A stretch of 64,000 nt of DNA, taken from Candidatus Cloacimonadales bacterium. GTDB taxonomy: Bacteria; Cloacimonadota; Cloacimonadia; Cloacimonadales; JAIOQZ01. Positions 40,868 through 51,947 of this stretch are shown here, piece after piece. The position numbers and the translations under genes are program-made. The DNA lies in NCBI GenBank assembly GCA_963674825.1, contig OY771587.1:960001-1024000 (forward strand), read 5' to 3'. The notes below the pieces were generated by a model. That model saw nothing but the letters and a program-made list of their open reading frames with translations. It ran no database searches and was not told where the DNA came from. Positions within the stretch are counted from its first letter, which is position 1. Every line of letters starts with the position of its first letter.

Positions 40868-43141
40868 TTAAAACAAGTCATTGAAATCGTCATTGACTTT
40901 AGCACTCTTTCCATGCGCTTTAAAATTGATGTCACCAATCAGATTGTCTCCCGCATAAACACTACATGAGTAATCACCAGCCCGTTTGATATCTGGCAAT
41001 TTAACTGTAAAATGGTTACTATCAATCCGTGAAGCCATGTAACGCTTTTTTCTGATAACAATGGAGATATCGTGCATTGCCCAGTTGACATACAGATTGA
41101 TAACCGCACCCTTCTGAATATCAACAGAGACAGTCTCCTCAACAAGCTTAACCACTATGTTTGCATCCTTCAAGGTAAGTTCAATAATGGGAACCACGAC
41201 CTCTTCCAAGGACGCACCACCATGTACTTCAACATTCGCCGCCCGGCTCCCTCTGAAGCGTCCATAGTCAGCAAGTACAAGATATCCATTTTCCTCTGCA
41301 GCAAATGGCAGTTCATCATCTGGCTGAAATGATTTACAGCAACGCCCCGAATGCTCACCTTTAGTATCAGTGTTGTACTTTTCCTCTTTTCGCCGTAAGA
41401 CGGCAAGTCTTGAAGCACCATGGTCACTTACTATCAAGAATCGTTTAATTTCTCTTTGCGCAAGTTTTGTGGCTGCCTTGTTCATCATCTCTGTTATTAT
41501 TTCCAGCTCTTTCGCAAGGTGGATAGGCAATTCGTTATTAGTAAAGTTATAACCGCCAGTATCTTTATGCTTAATATTATCAAGGTCATTATTCTTCTCT
41601 TTATCACCCTTCCATTCATCAAAAAAATCTTTGTTGATTTCTGTTATCGTTGGAAGTTCTGCACGAGCAATGCAAATCTGAATCAGCAGATTGTACTTCT
41701 GAGCTAGGGTCTCTATAAGTCCCAAATACTCAACTCCAAGAGCATCAAGCCAGTATAAGTATGTCCCCTTTTGGTCGACTTTGTCTAAAACCTCATTTCT
41801 TGTAGGCAAATGATTGAACATTCGTGGTGGGAGAGCTAGCTCCTCGACTTTCTCCAAGAAATCTTTCTCAAGCATATTCAGTAATTTCTGTCGTTTATAT
41901 GCTCGAAAATATTTTGTCAACAAGTCAGCGAGTATAGGACATTTAAAAATATAATCGCCCATATATGCAGCCAACGCAGGATACACTCTTTCAAGCTGCG
42001 TAATCATTCCGTTTACCGAGAGCCATGCTATGACCTCTTCACGTTCAACTTCTGTTCGATCAGTTAATTTGAAAATGCTTTCCGAGACTGCTTGCCGGTT
42101 ACTTATTACAAAATCCGCAATGGCTGGCTCTGGAAACTTCTCGGTAAGCACTTTGCGCTCTTCATAAAATTGGGGAAACCGTGCATCCGTTGGCTTAATA
42201 TAAATGATCTCTTCTAATACCCGCTTGCTGAAATCATCGAACGTTGTCGTTTGATTGAGTACGTACCGGAGGTATCCACTTTGCAATGTTTCTTCTTTGC
42301 ACTTGAGACTGATAAAATAAAGCCAGTTAGGATAATTTCTTCCAGCAATTCGCGAATAAAAATCTGACTCAAGATTACTGTTAAAATCGAATTTCTCAAA
42401 AACTTCATCGATTGAATAATTGTTTTCATTGAGGTTAGATAGCAGTTCTGTCCATTGCTCATCACTTCCGCATGATTGTTCTAAGTTAAATCCATCCGTT
42501 ACGAGCTTGATGGCATCAAATGCCGTATTTACATGACTCACTGTAAATATTGCCAAATCAAGACTGACAGTAGTGTTTACAACAACTCTGCCTTTCTTTC
42601 CATTCTCAAGCTCCTCCAGCATTGCTTTGAAAGAAGCTAATGCACTTAATCCAACGGAAGGTTTTACAAAGTAAAAAGACAAATCACATTTAGCATCATC
42701 AATAACGCTGTATCGGCGACTGTCAAAACGAAGGTCAGTTAATAACTTTGAAACGAGCGAAGCTAAGCCTCGTAGAAGAAAAACGACTTTAACACCTTTG
42801 AAATTGTAATCTTTCAAACGCAGAATAGTATGTAGTGCTTCAGCGCTTCCAAGTAGAGCGAGAAACTCACCGAGTCCAATAATTGCGTACTTTTTCTTCT
42901 TTGCATTCCCCACTGATTTATTGATGTAGTTGAGGAGATCATCAATGCTAGGCACCTTATCATCGTTATTGCAGAAAACACTTAATCTAACACACTCAAC
43001 CCCAGCAAAAGCTAATTCACTTTTTGCTGCTTGATACTTCTCGTCACTAACAAACAAGAAAAACGGAGTTGATGAGAGTAAATACGATTCCCTTTGAATC
43101 TCGGGGGCATCCAGATATTTCCTAACTGTGCTGAACAACAT
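40868..43141 (-). CDS. pglZ: BREX-4 PglZ alkaline-phosphatase-domain protein
   Basis: WLDALGVEY, LPTITEIN, IVSDHGASRL, HGGASLEEVVVP. Confidence 0.88.
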   Translation of the reverse strand: MLFSTVRKYLDAPEIQRESYLLSSTPFFLFVSDEKYQAAKSELAFAGVECVRLSVFCNNDDKVPSIDDLLNYINKSVGNAKKKKYAIIGLGEFLALLGSAEALHTILRLKDYNFKGVKVVFLLRGLASLVSKLLTDLRFDSRRYSVIDDAKCDLSFYFVKPSVGLSALASFKAMLEELENGKKGRVVVNTTVSLDLAIFTVSHVNTAFDAIKLVTDGFNLEQSCGSDEQWTELLSNLNENNYSIDEVFEKFDFNSNLESDFYSRIAGRNYPNWLYFISLKCKEETLQSGYLRYVLNQTTTFDDFSKRVLEEIIYIKPTDARFPQFYEERKVLTEKFPEPAIADFVISNRQAVSESIFKLTDRTEVEREEVIAWLSVNGMITQLERVYPALAAYMGDYIFKCPILADLLTKYFRAYKRQKLLNMLEKDFLEKVEELALPPRMFNHLPTRNEVLDKVDQKGTYLYWLDALGVEYLGLIETLAQKYNLLIQICIARAELPTITEINKDFFDEWKGDKEKNNDLDNIKHKDTGGYNFTNNELPIHLAKELEIITEMMNKAATKLAQREIKRFLIVSDHGASRLAVLRRKEEKYNTDTKGEHSGRCCKSFQPDDELPFAAEENGYLVLADYGRFRGSRAANVEVHGGASLEEVVVPIIELTLKDANIVVKLVEETVSVDIQKGAVINLYVNWAMHDISIVIRKKRYMASRIDSNHFTVKLPDIKRAGDYSCSVYAGDNLIGDINFKAHGKSAKVNDDFNDLF

Positions 43142-43142
43142 T

Positions 43143-46100
43143 CTAATCCCCGCTTCTATTAGCCAGTATCTCAACTCCGACAGCCATATTGTCTTTGATA
43201 AGTTGCTTCAGATACTTTTTAATCTGCTTATCGTCCATTTTGTCAATTTTAGCAAGTACTTGATCGCTGCCACCTGCATTGTACTTAGCTTCGGCGAGTT
43301 TTTTTATTTTGGCTTTGACAGTTGGGTGTTCGCGCCATTCGTATGTGTCTATACATAGGCGATCAAGAGCATCTCTGACTGTGTCAAAATCGGAAAGTAA
43401 GGGGAAATAGTCACCGACAATATCCCGTTTAAAAGCACTATCTCGTTTTTCTTGATCAGATAGTGTATTAAAAAGAGTTGTTGAGTTGAGGAATTCTAAC
43501 GCTGAACGAATTTCTGAATCTCTCCCCACATTTCTATTGATGATTTCGAAAGCTCTCTTTGATTTTTCATAGTCGATCTCAGAAACACAGCTTAAAATCG
43601 GTGTTCTGTAATGACTCGACCATTCATTCGGATTTTTCGTCCCTGTCTTTTCCTTCCACAATGAAATGAGTTGAGATTTTAACTGGTTCCTGCGAAATTC
43701 ATTAGCTGCTTCATCAACCTTTGAGTTACAGATTGTTTGAGACAACTCAAACATACCCATTGGGAGAAGACGCCTAATATTGACAATGTCGTGATCAGCT
43801 ATGTCTTCAAGATACACTTCGTAGATCAGGGCAAAAGTACGTATGTCGTTGATCAGTAGTTCCCTTACTTCAGCACCGTTTGATACTAACTCGGAAAGGA
43901 ACTCCCTCAATTTCTCAGGTAGAATATCTTCTTTTTTACAGATTTTTAGGAGTATGTCGAGAATCCGACTCAAAGCAGAGAATTTAGCCTGTAGAGCTTC
44001 ACATGAAATGCGGAGAAACTCCAAACGCTCTTTCCATTTGCCTTTTACCTCCATCCAGCAATGCATGTCTGCACTTAGAATCATTCTACTCTCTTTGACT
44101 ACACTGTACTCGATCATTAGTCTTTGTATTTCTTCTTCGCCTGTTTGCTTGTCCCAGAGGCATGCATGTTTAACGTCAAACAATCGACGAATGTCATTAA
44201 ACAGGCTGTCCTCTACTCCGATTTCTGATGCGAGTTCTAACACTTTGCCATTTTCATAACAACAAAGGTACTTATACATGCCTTTCTGACAATTATCGCT
44301 TGTGAGTAAGGTGCGCAAGTTATTAGCGATTGATGGATTGGCGGCTGCGATACCTCCGATTTCAACAGCTTTTCTCTGGGCATCATTACCTTCTCTTTGA
44401 ACGAGTTCTATGTATTTCTGAACCACATTGAAGACACCAGCAGTATCCACCTCTTCAAGGCACCATACCGGCAGATTCAATCTACGCATTTGAGCAGAGA
44501 CGGCTCTGGCTGCCTGCCCGGCAGAAGAGCATGAATTAGGTGGAACTCCCCAAGCCTTCTCCGTAAGTTCGTGGAACGCCATTTCTTCGGTAGTCATTTT
44601 AACGATATAGGTCGTTTTGGAAGACTTGCTCGTGCTGATGTAGTTTCCGATCATTTCTGCAAGTTTATCCGACGTCATTATTCCATGGCCTCCTGAAGAG
44701 TCACTAAAACGGAATGGATCACCACCATACTCTTTCAGAAGAAAACCCGTAATGAACGACGATAGGTTACATGGCGCAAAACCGTATGTAACCACAAGAA
44801 ATTCATATATATCACTGATGGATATCTCTCCTTCACGAGCAAACGCATCCTCAATACGTTTGGTTACTTCGATTTTGATTTTTGAAATTGGTAATAACGC
44901 TGTGTCGGTGTTTTCCCAATACCGTTCAATTTGCCAAACGTTCGGAAGAACGTGTTTCTCGAGACCAACTACTACACCTCTCGTTGCTTTTGATATACCC
45001 GATTTAGCAGAAGCCTTTCCTTGAGTCAATTTCATCTGGTTTTCGTTAACACCCTTGGCAAAATCAAAAAAGAGAGTCGAATGAAATTTGTTGATAACGA
45101 TAGTTTGAAGCACAGAGGAAACACCCTGTCCATTGCCAAGTTTCTCACCATCTTGATTTTTATAGGTGTAAACGATGAATGGACCGTTGAAAATGCGATT
45201 CTTCCAGTCTAAGTCTAAGACTCGTTTTGCTTTATCCGAATTTTCTAGTGAAGATGTATTATTGCTTCCTTGATAATACATCGCCATAGCTTCGAAATCA
45301 ACGTATTGCTCAAATGCCTCCGTGCCAAGTGGAGTTGAGAGTGCATCTATGAAAACGATGTTTTCATACTGCTTGTCGGAAATTGCATTCCTGAGGGATA
45401 AGCGGAAACTTGCTGCTTCCGTTTCATCTTTGGCGAAGGCTATAACAGCTTGAAAATTCCATGATGTAGATTTCTCGCGTAATTCATTGATTTTGCGAGT
45501 AAAATCAGCCGTAGTTACTGGAGTTATTTTGCCTGTACCTGGTTCAGACTCAAATCTCAGGCGAAGTGCAGGAGAGAGGGATAAAACATTGGAAAGACCA
45601 CCGACTGTGATTAACTTCGAAGTTTTGCTATTCTGGCGCACTTGTTCTTTGTACTTGTCGATCTTCACCTGATCTCCGGCTAACACAGCAGCCCCGTATG
45701 CATATCGCCCACCGCTGATTGGATTTAAAACGAGAATACCCCTTTCTTTAAGCCCCTTTGCAAGACTGGCAGACTTAGACCCTTCTAAATCGGATATGCC
45801 CTCAAAGACATAACTTAGATTCTGATCCGTTGCTTTAAATAGATCAATCATTCCGCCTAAACGCTGATCTATAGCCTGCATACAGAGTATGGCTTTCAAA
45901 ATTACTTTTTCATCATTTCGTAAATTCTGCTGTTGTGGATAAGTGTCCAGAATCAAACGAATATCTGAGGTGAGATTATCTTTCCCTTTCTCGTAGAAAA
46001 AATCCCACAACATATCCACTGTAAGAAGTGGGTGATCGTCAATTGGTCCTTTATTTTCTAAAAACCATTGGAATGCCATTACGTCGTCACTGTATGTCGA

Positions 46101-47312
46101 CTTGATGAAGTCGAACATGCTCCGTTGATTGGATTGGAACGCTGAGGCAATATGCTTTAGAAGCAAGGCGGCCATAGGGTGAAGTGGCATTATATTCTTC
46201 ATCACACGAGGATCGTCAATTTTCGCTACTGACATGACTTTTGCGCGGGAATTTTGAACTCGAGTGTTCAAGTCATCAGTAAAATTCTCCCATTCTGCCT
46301 TTACGGCTGCTTTAACATTGAAAGCATGACCGATAAGATCGAAGGCAATGTTATCGGGTAATGCAATGCTTACCGGAATAAACCGATCGCTTACTTTCTT
46401 CCATGTCAAGTCGGTGTTCGGAAACAGTTGTCCTGATTCATGAGTTACTATAATGAAATAGAAGGGGTTCAAATTCACAAACTCAACGAGTTTTTGGAAT
46501 TCTGAAAGGCTCTCTCGATTATTTTTCAAATAGTCGGAAAACTCATCCCATATAAAGACAACTTTGATGTTGTTCTGATCGATAATGTCTTTCAGCCAAT
46601 TTATTAGCCTGTTAGCATCAATATTTAATGCTGTGATCCCCTCGTTGTCGGCAAGCCGGAAAATGTTTGCCATTAGAGTTTTAATCTCCCCCCCCCTTCG
46701 AAGAGAATTAAGCACTTCATCGGCGTTGGCATGGCTGAACAGTGTTGCCCATTCAGGTTGTTTCAATAGGTCATCTATGAATCGCTTCTGCGAGGGCTTC
46801 TCAATCCAGGCAATAACGCTATCCTTTAGAGCATCCTCACCTGAATACAAGCCCGCTTCTTCAAGTTGAGCTTTTACTGTTTCCTGGATTGCAAAGAAAA
46901 GATCACGAGGAGAATCGATCATCCCCGAGGCATATCTATAAGCTGTTATAATACCTTTCTTCTTGTGACCGACTAACTTTTCGAGTAAATCGGATTTCCT
47001 ATTCAATGGCTCATATTTTCCCCAGTAAGTGCGGACATCTTCTTCGGGTTCTTCAAGAATTTTCTTTAGGGCATAGGCACATTGTGACTTGCCTGTGCCA
47101 TACGCACCTTCTATCCATATTGAACGTTTCTCCTGCCGGGCTAAAACACGTTCCATTTTACTCAGCATCTCTATGAATGTGGAGTGCGGATAAGTTCTCA
47201 TCCAGAACTGGGGATTGTTCTTTTCGGCAGCATCTATTGATGAATCGTTGACCTGGGGAAAGTACTCTTCATCAATATCGAAGTAATCGCGGTATTTATT
47301 GCCATTATTCAT
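43143..47312 (-). CDS. brxC: BREX BrxC-like large P-loop ATPase
   Basis: WIEGAYGTGKS, VFIWDEFSDY, PLHPMAA, SNQRSMFDFI; between brxP and pglZ. Confidence 0.8.
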   Translation of the reverse strand: MNNGNKYRDYFDIDEEYFPQVNDSSIDAAEKNNPQFWMRTYPHSTFIEMLSKMERVLARQEKRSIWIEGAYGTGKSQCAYALKKILEEPEEDVRTYWGKYEPLNRKSDLLEKLVGHKKKGIITAYRYASGMIDSPRDLFFAIQETVKAQLEEAGLYSGEDALKDSVIAWIEKPSQKRFIDDLLKQPEWATLFSHANADEVLNSLRRGGEIKTLMANIFRLADNEGITALNIDANRLINWLKDIIDQNNIKVVFIWDEFSDYLKNNRESLSEFQKLVEFVNLNPFYFIIVTHESGQLFPNTDLTWKKVSDRFIPVSIALPDNIAFDLIGHAFNVKAAVKAEWENFTDDLNTRVQNSRAKVMSVAKIDDPRVMKNIMPLHPMAALLLKHIASAFQSNQRSMFDFIKSTYSDDVMAFQWFLENKGPIDDHPLLTVDMLWDFFYEKGKDNLTSDIRLILDTYPQQQNLRNDEKVILKAILCMQAIDQRLGGMIDLFKATDQNLSYVFEGISDLEGSKSASLAKGLKERGILVLNPISGGRYAYGAAVLAGDQVKIDKYKEQVRQNSKTSKLITVGGLSNVLSLSPALRLRFESEPGTGKITPVTTADFTRKINELREKSTSWNFQAVIAFAKDETEAASFRLSLRNAISDKQYENIVFIDALSTPLGTEAFEQYVDFEAMAMYYQGSNNTSSLENSDKAKRVLDLDWKNRIFNGPFIVYTYKNQDGEKLGNGQGVSSVLQTIVINKFHSTLFFDFAKGVNENQMKLTQGKASAKSGISKATRGVVVGLEKHVLPNVWQIERYWENTDTALLPISKIKIEVTKRIEDAFAREGEISISDIYEFLVVTYGFAPCNLSSFITGFLLKEYGGDPFRFSDSSGGHGIMTSDKLAEMIGNYISTSKSSKTTYIVKMTTEEMAFHELTEKAWGVPPNSCSSAGQAARAVSAQMRRLNLPVWCLEEVDTAGVFNVVQKYIELVQREGNDAQRKAVEIGGIAAANPSIANNLRTLLTSDNCQKGMYKYLCCYENGKVLELASEIGVEDSLFNDIRRLFDVKHACLWDKQTGEEEIQRLMIEYSVVKESRMILSADMHCWMEVKGKWKERLEFLRISCEALQAKFSALSRILDILLKICKKEDILPEKLREFLSELVSNGAEVRELLINDIRTFALIYEVYLEDIADHDIVNIRRLLPMGMFELSQTICNSKVDEAANEFRRNQLKSQLISLWKEKTGTKNPNEWSSHYRTPILSCVSEIDYEKSKRAFEIINRNVGRDSEIRSALEFLNSTTLFNTLSDQEKRDSAFKRDIVGDYFPLLSDFDTVRDALDRLCIDTYEWREHPTVKAKIKKLAEAKYNAGGSDQVLAKIDKMDDKQIKKYLKQLIKDNMAVGVEILANRSGD

Positions 47313-49605
47313 CTTCGTTATCTCCTGTGAACAAATCAAGTACGTCTGTGGAAGATTTTCTCTCATCAAGTGCTATTTTCTCAAGATCATGTGTGAATGA
47401 TGCAGTGATGAATTGGGGATATTTTGCAGATAATCCCAAAAGGAGTGACGTCATTTCGTTCCGGTCAAGTCCGAAAATCTGAGAGGGACTGATACCATCA
47501 CGGTCAATACTGTCATTCAGCAACGTGGCAAGAGTGAATTCTTTGTAGTCGCCACACTTTTCTGCAAACCTGAACAATCCATATAGAACTACTCGCGGAT
47601 CACCCACAGAGCACTTAGTGCGAACGAGATCACCTTTTTCGGTGATATAACCAAACCGTAAGATCGTACCGAGGTGTGTTTCAACTATCCTTTTATAGGC
47701 TTTAGCAATGGCTTTTGCCGGTCTCTTCAATAAGCCATCCGTGAGAAGCATGTCGACCACATTCTGACGGGTGTAAGTATGTCCAATATCAAGATTTTTA
47801 ATATACCATCCCATTTGAGGGTTTGAGCAAGCGAGGTTAATGAGCATCAATCCCAATGCGGTGTCAGTTTCCCAGCCAATGGAACAAACAATTTGTGCAA
47901 AGCGAGATAAACGATTATCGGTCGATAATTCCGCATCAGAAAGGAATACTTTGAATTTAACAAGTTGGTCGGGACCCAAATTATTTTCCGTGAAAAAACT
48001 TTCCTTATCGCTAAAAAAATCTGAAATCCAATCTGATTTGGGTGCATGCTCAGTAAATGAATTGATTGATCGCATTTTTGTCCCTCCATTTGGTATCTTT
48101 AAAGAATCATACATTAAACAACCGCCAGGCAGATTGTGACAATCATAACAGTGCTGGCAACCGTCAATTTTTATTTTTTCATTTACGAATGAAATGCACC
48201 CGTTCCTGCAATTAGCCGAACATACAGCACATGCACTACAATAAGCAGCTTTCCTGAATACTTGCCTCAGTATCTTAGCTAACGATGGATTACTCTTCAA
48301 GTGTTGCTCAAGTACTGACACGACATATCCAACCGCTGTCTGCTCTACTGATAATGGAATGTCCCAATCAAGTGTTTTTATCCATTCCCTCCAGTCTGAC
48401 TGAGGGTTTGTAATTGTAATCCGAGTATAACCATTACGCACTTCCTCTTTATACTTCTTTATTGCGCCATCAACGAACCTACCATCCGCACGAGATTTCC
48501 AAGCACCTCGATTCATAAATTCATTGAAGCGTGAATCCGAGAATTTCTTGTCGCTTGTGTTTCTAATAATGCTAAAATACTGAGTAACTGATTGCGGATA
48601 CGAGACATGCCTCATGTACTCGCTTAGTCCTCCCGACATTGGACAGACTAAACACCCAGCACGGGAATTCCCCTTTTTGTATGTATTATTTATGTAAACA
48701 CTATTAGCGAACATATACAGATAAATTTCGGCCGATGTCCATTCTAAAATAGGATAGAAATCATACTGGCCATTAACCTTCTTGCCATAATTCTCATATT
48801 CATACCCTGAACGTGTTGTACTTTCATGAGCTCGAACACCTACAAATGCTAGTCCAGTGTAATCGTTTTTTCCAGTTATCTCTCTGAGTTTAACTACTTG
48901 TGGAGTGCTTTTATGAACTGAACAGCACCAGCGAAGAATACGCGATGGTGGACCAAATAGTTCCCATGATTCTTTGGAGCTGAGATGCGATCTGGCAGTG
49001 TAGAATGGAATTTGCTCTATTGCACATTGTTGTTTGTATTCTTCAACTGTGTCATAAGTATCAGGAAACTCCATATCAGTGTCACCAAACACAACCACGA
49101 AACTGCCTTTGGGCAGTGCTTTTTTTACAAGATCAAGCAAAACACAACTGTCTTTACCACCCGAAAACGCTACGTGAAAACAGTCCAAAATGCTTTTATA
49201 TTTCTTGTAGATAGCCAGTATCTTCTTAACTGTTGTTTGCTCAATAATATCAAGCATCTCTCGATTTGCTTCAACCATACCCTCAACATCAATGGGTCTT
49301 AACGAAAGGCCTGAAGGCTCTGGCATGACCTGCATACCATCTTTATTTTTCGGGATAATGATTTTAGGAGCATTATAAACATTGCCGCCTTGTATCTTTG
49401 CAACAAGGATCCCGCGATAGTAATATTGGTTGGCTTCAGCCCACATGTATGGGGTGTGCACCTGATTGTCATATCTCCAGATTTTAGCAAAGCCTAATAC
49501 GTTTAACTCGGGAGCGAAAACCGGACGAGGTTCTTTTGAGAACTCAGTAGGTGAAGTATTGAGAAGTATTCCGCCAGTTATTTCATCGTATGTATATGAG
49601 TACAC
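47305..49605 (-). CDS. brxP: BREX-4 BrxP: PAPS-reductase family + Fe-S + DUF4007-like C-terminus
   Basis: AFSGGKDS, WCCSVHK, GVRAHES, RAGCLVCP, CSACAVCSANC, CQHCYDC. Confidence 0.82.
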   Translation of the reverse strand: MYSYTYDEITGGILLNTSPTEFSKEPRPVFAPELNVLGFAKIWRYDNQVHTPYMWAEANQYYYRGILVAKIQGGNVYNAPKIIIPKNKDGMQVMPEPSGLSLRPIDVEGMVEANREMLDIIEQTTVKKILAIYKKYKSILDCFHVAFSGGKDSCVLLDLVKKALPKGSFVVVFGDTDMEFPDTYDTVEEYKQQCAIEQIPFYTARSHLSSKESWELFGPPSRILRWCCSVHKSTPQVVKLREITGKNDYTGLAFVGVRAHESTTRSGYEYENYGKKVNGQYDFYPILEWTSAEIYLYMFANSVYINNTYKKGNSRAGCLVCPMSGGLSEYMRHVSYPQSVTQYFSIIRNTSDKKFSDSRFNEFMNRGAWKSRADGRFVDGAIKKYKEEVRNGYTRITITNPQSDWREWIKTLDWDIPLSVEQTAVGYVVSVLEQHLKSNPSLAKILRQVFRKAAYCSACAVCSANCRNGCISFVNEKIKIDGCQHCYDCHNLPGGCLMYDSLKIPNGGTKMRSINSFTEHAPKSDWISDFFSDKESFFTENNLGPDQLVKFKVFLSDAELSTDNRLSRFAQIVCSIGWETDTALGLMLINLACSNPQMGWYIKNLDIGHTYTRQNVVDMLLTDGLLKRPAKAIAKAYKRIVETHLGTILRFGYITEKGDLVRTKCSVGDPRVVLYGLFRFAEKCGDYKEFTLATLLNDSIDRDGISPSQIFGLDRNEMTSLLLGLSAKYPQFITASFTHDLEKIALDERKSSTDVLDLFTGDNEDE

Positions 49606-49624
49606 TTAAACATTTCCTCTTCTA

Positions 49625-51319
49625 TTAGTTGGCTTTCACCATGTGTATTATTTCCATGATCTTCTTCTCGGAAAGCTTTCTACCCGTAAAACCATTTATT
49701 GATAGAAAATCTGCCACGATCGATGCCTCAAGTGCAACGTTGGCATTCGTTATGGCATCTACCAAGATATCCATATAGTCTTTCATGCAATTTTTCCGGA
49801 TGATCGTTCCAGCATTCCTCGAATTTCCAGTAAGAGCATTGAATCGGAATTTGTAGCTGAAACGACGACAGTAGCTTTCAAGCACAAACAAATTCCACTT
49901 CTGTCCACAATCAGGAAATGCTCCAAATGTGGTGACAGATTGTAGAGGCAGATATTCTCCTTTTATAAAAAGCTCTATAGCTTTGTCAATTCTTTCCGGT
50001 TCGAATTGAACATGTCGGTCAGCCACATAAGCATTTTTACCAATCCGAATCATTACTGAATTTGCTGCTTCTAATACAATGCGATAGGAATCACCTCCCG
50101 TAAATTCCTTCATGAAGTTCAGTAAGTCATTAAGCGAGCACTTCTCAAGAAGTCGGCAATGGTCTTTGATGATGGTAAGTATCTCAAAAGAATCTCCTTT
50201 GCGAATGATTATCTTGCCTTTTCTGTCAAACTCATCAGACAGACAAATGCGAAAAATGGCTTTTTCAATAGCATTGTTTGTCAGTTCGTAGTTACGTTCT
50301 TCGATTTCATACATGGGTAGATTTGTTGCCAGTAAATAGCCGCTGACATTACATTCCCTCTGGGCAGCATCTCGGATACTTTGCTTCTCTTTCTCGGTGA
50401 TATCTACTTGGCTGATATGTGAAAATGTCTCCAAGCGAGCTTTAAAAAAGTCGCCATTTTGTCCAAGTACATTTCTAATCCTGCTCAAAGGTATATAGAA
50501 TAACCGTTCGGCGAGTTGGTTATATGTTTGCAGAACTTGGTCACCCCACACACGTAAGATTTCACCCTCGACTACTGTATTGACAGATGAGTTTGTGAAG
50601 CCCCAATATCTTCGTGTGAATATATGCTCGGGGAAAAGGCTACGCAGAATATCAATAAGCATTGTTTCTGAAACTACACTCCCCTTGATAAGCCAGCGCT
50701 CATTCTTCTTATAGAATTCATCATAGAAGATTGCTGAAGCTCCATCGGCGAAGTAGGCTTCTACTAAATCCTTTATTCGCTTTTTAATTTCGTTAGAAAC
50801 GGCATACACTTTCCCATCGAATGTTATTCCGCAAGCAATAATACACCTATTTAGCTCACTATCGACCATCGTGATTTCATCTTCTACGTGCATTGCAGCA
50901 AAGTTTCTAAATCGTTTTAACTCGATTATTGAATTCAATCTGTAACCGTTGGAGAAGTAAGCTGTTAGTACCTTCGAAATCTGTCCCATATAGACCGGAT
51001 CAAGTATAGAAGCCGACGCATTAGAATCGATAGACTCCGGAAGATCGCATGATCCTTCCTGATCCGCAATTGTCACATCCATGCAATTGGCATCAAGATT
51101 ATCAAAATCATTTTGATTGCCTTCACTTCGTTTCGAGTGCAAAACATTGTCCATAATTTTTCGATACACCATCAGTACTGGAGCATCGTGGAGTTCATTA
51201 AACTCATCTTCTGTGAGATCTCTTCCAAGTACTTCATGAAGTACTCGCGCTTTAGCTTCGTGGAGGTCTCTGTTCATCATTTCATTGAGCTTTGATAGCT
51301 TTACCTCGTCATCTCCCAA
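49625..51319 (-). CDS. Hypothetical protein heading the BREX-4 operon
   Basis: Long AT-rich ORF 19 bp upstream of brxP; TTG start after GGAGG inferred. Confidence 0.7.
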   Translation of the reverse strand: MGDDEVKLSKLNEMMNRDLHEAKARVLHEVLGRDLTEDEFNELHDAPVLMVYRKIMDNVLHSKRSEGNQNDFDNLDANCMDVTIADQEGSCDLPESIDSNASASILDPVYMGQISKVLTAYFSNGYRLNSIIELKRFRNFAAMHVEDEITMVDSELNRCIIACGITFDGKVYAVSNEIKKRIKDLVEAYFADGASAIFYDEFYKKNERWLIKGSVVSETMLIDILRSLFPEHIFTRRYWGFTNSSVNTVVEGEILRVWGDQVLQTYNQLAERLFYIPLSRIRNVLGQNGDFFKARLETFSHISQVDITEKEKQSIRDAAQRECNVSGYLLATNLPMYEIEERNYELTNNAIEKAIFRICLSDEFDRKGKIIIRKGDSFEILTIIKDHCRLLEKCSLNDLLNFMKEFTGGDSYRIVLEAANSVMIRIGKNAYVADRHVQFEPERIDKAIELFIKGEYLPLQSVTTFGAFPDCGQKWNLFVLESYCRRFSYKFRFNALTGNSRNAGTIIRKNCMKDYMDILVDAITNANVALEASIVADFLSINGFTGRKLSEKKIMEIIHMVKAN

Positions 51320-51560
51320 ACCTAAGCCTCCCTTTGTCCATCGGCAACTACATCGTAGAATGGGAAAACTACCTGGCACACCGTTTTAATACTGGCCATA
51401 AGTTGATTGCCCATGGTTGGCTATGGTTAGCCATTTAACTTGCCAAAAAAACTACAATTACCAAACACACAAGAAAAAAATCTTCTGATTGAGTAAACAC
51501 CTGTGTCATCTCAGTGCAACCCGTTTTGCCATTATAAAGATTGTTTTCTACTCTTGCTCT

Positions 51561-51947
51561 ATGAGTAATAATGACTGGATCGACTGGGACCGCATCAGGT
51601 TCTTCCGCAAGAGTGAATTCGCCTGTTCGTGTTGTGGCGTTGTGACACTTGACATTTCGTTTGCGCTGAGACTGGATCTAGCGCGTGAAATTGCTGGCAT
51701 GCCGTTCGTCATCACGAGCGGCTATCGTTGCCACGCGCACAACGTCGAAGTCGGCGGGGTGAAGCAATCCGCGCACATGGCCGGACTGGCCGCAGATATC
51801 TCCTGCCCCGACAGCGTGACGCGACTCAAGATACTGCGCGGACTGATCGTAGCAGGCTTCCGGCGCATCGGCATCGGCAAGAATTTCATCCACTGCGACG
51901 TCGACGCCAGCAAGCCGAATAACGTCTGGCTGTACGGGGATCGGTGA
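51561..51947 (+). CDS. Peptidase M15A (phage endolysin-like)
   Basis: EFACSCCG, ITSGYRC..HN..VGG..SAHMAGLAADI, FIHCD. Confidence 0.9.
   Translation: MSNNDWIDWDRIRFFRKSEFACSCCGVVTLDISFALRLDLAREIAGMPFVITSGYRCHAHNVEVGGVKQSAHMAGLAADISCPDSVTRLKILRGLIVAGFRRIGIGKNFIHCDVDASKPNNVWLYGDR

Noticed and set aside
2384..49605. Functional link between host sat/cysC and the PAPS-reductase-domain BrxP
   Set aside because: They are 43 kb apart in host versus mobile DNA; PT chemistry uses cysteine-derived sulfur, so proximity is probably chance
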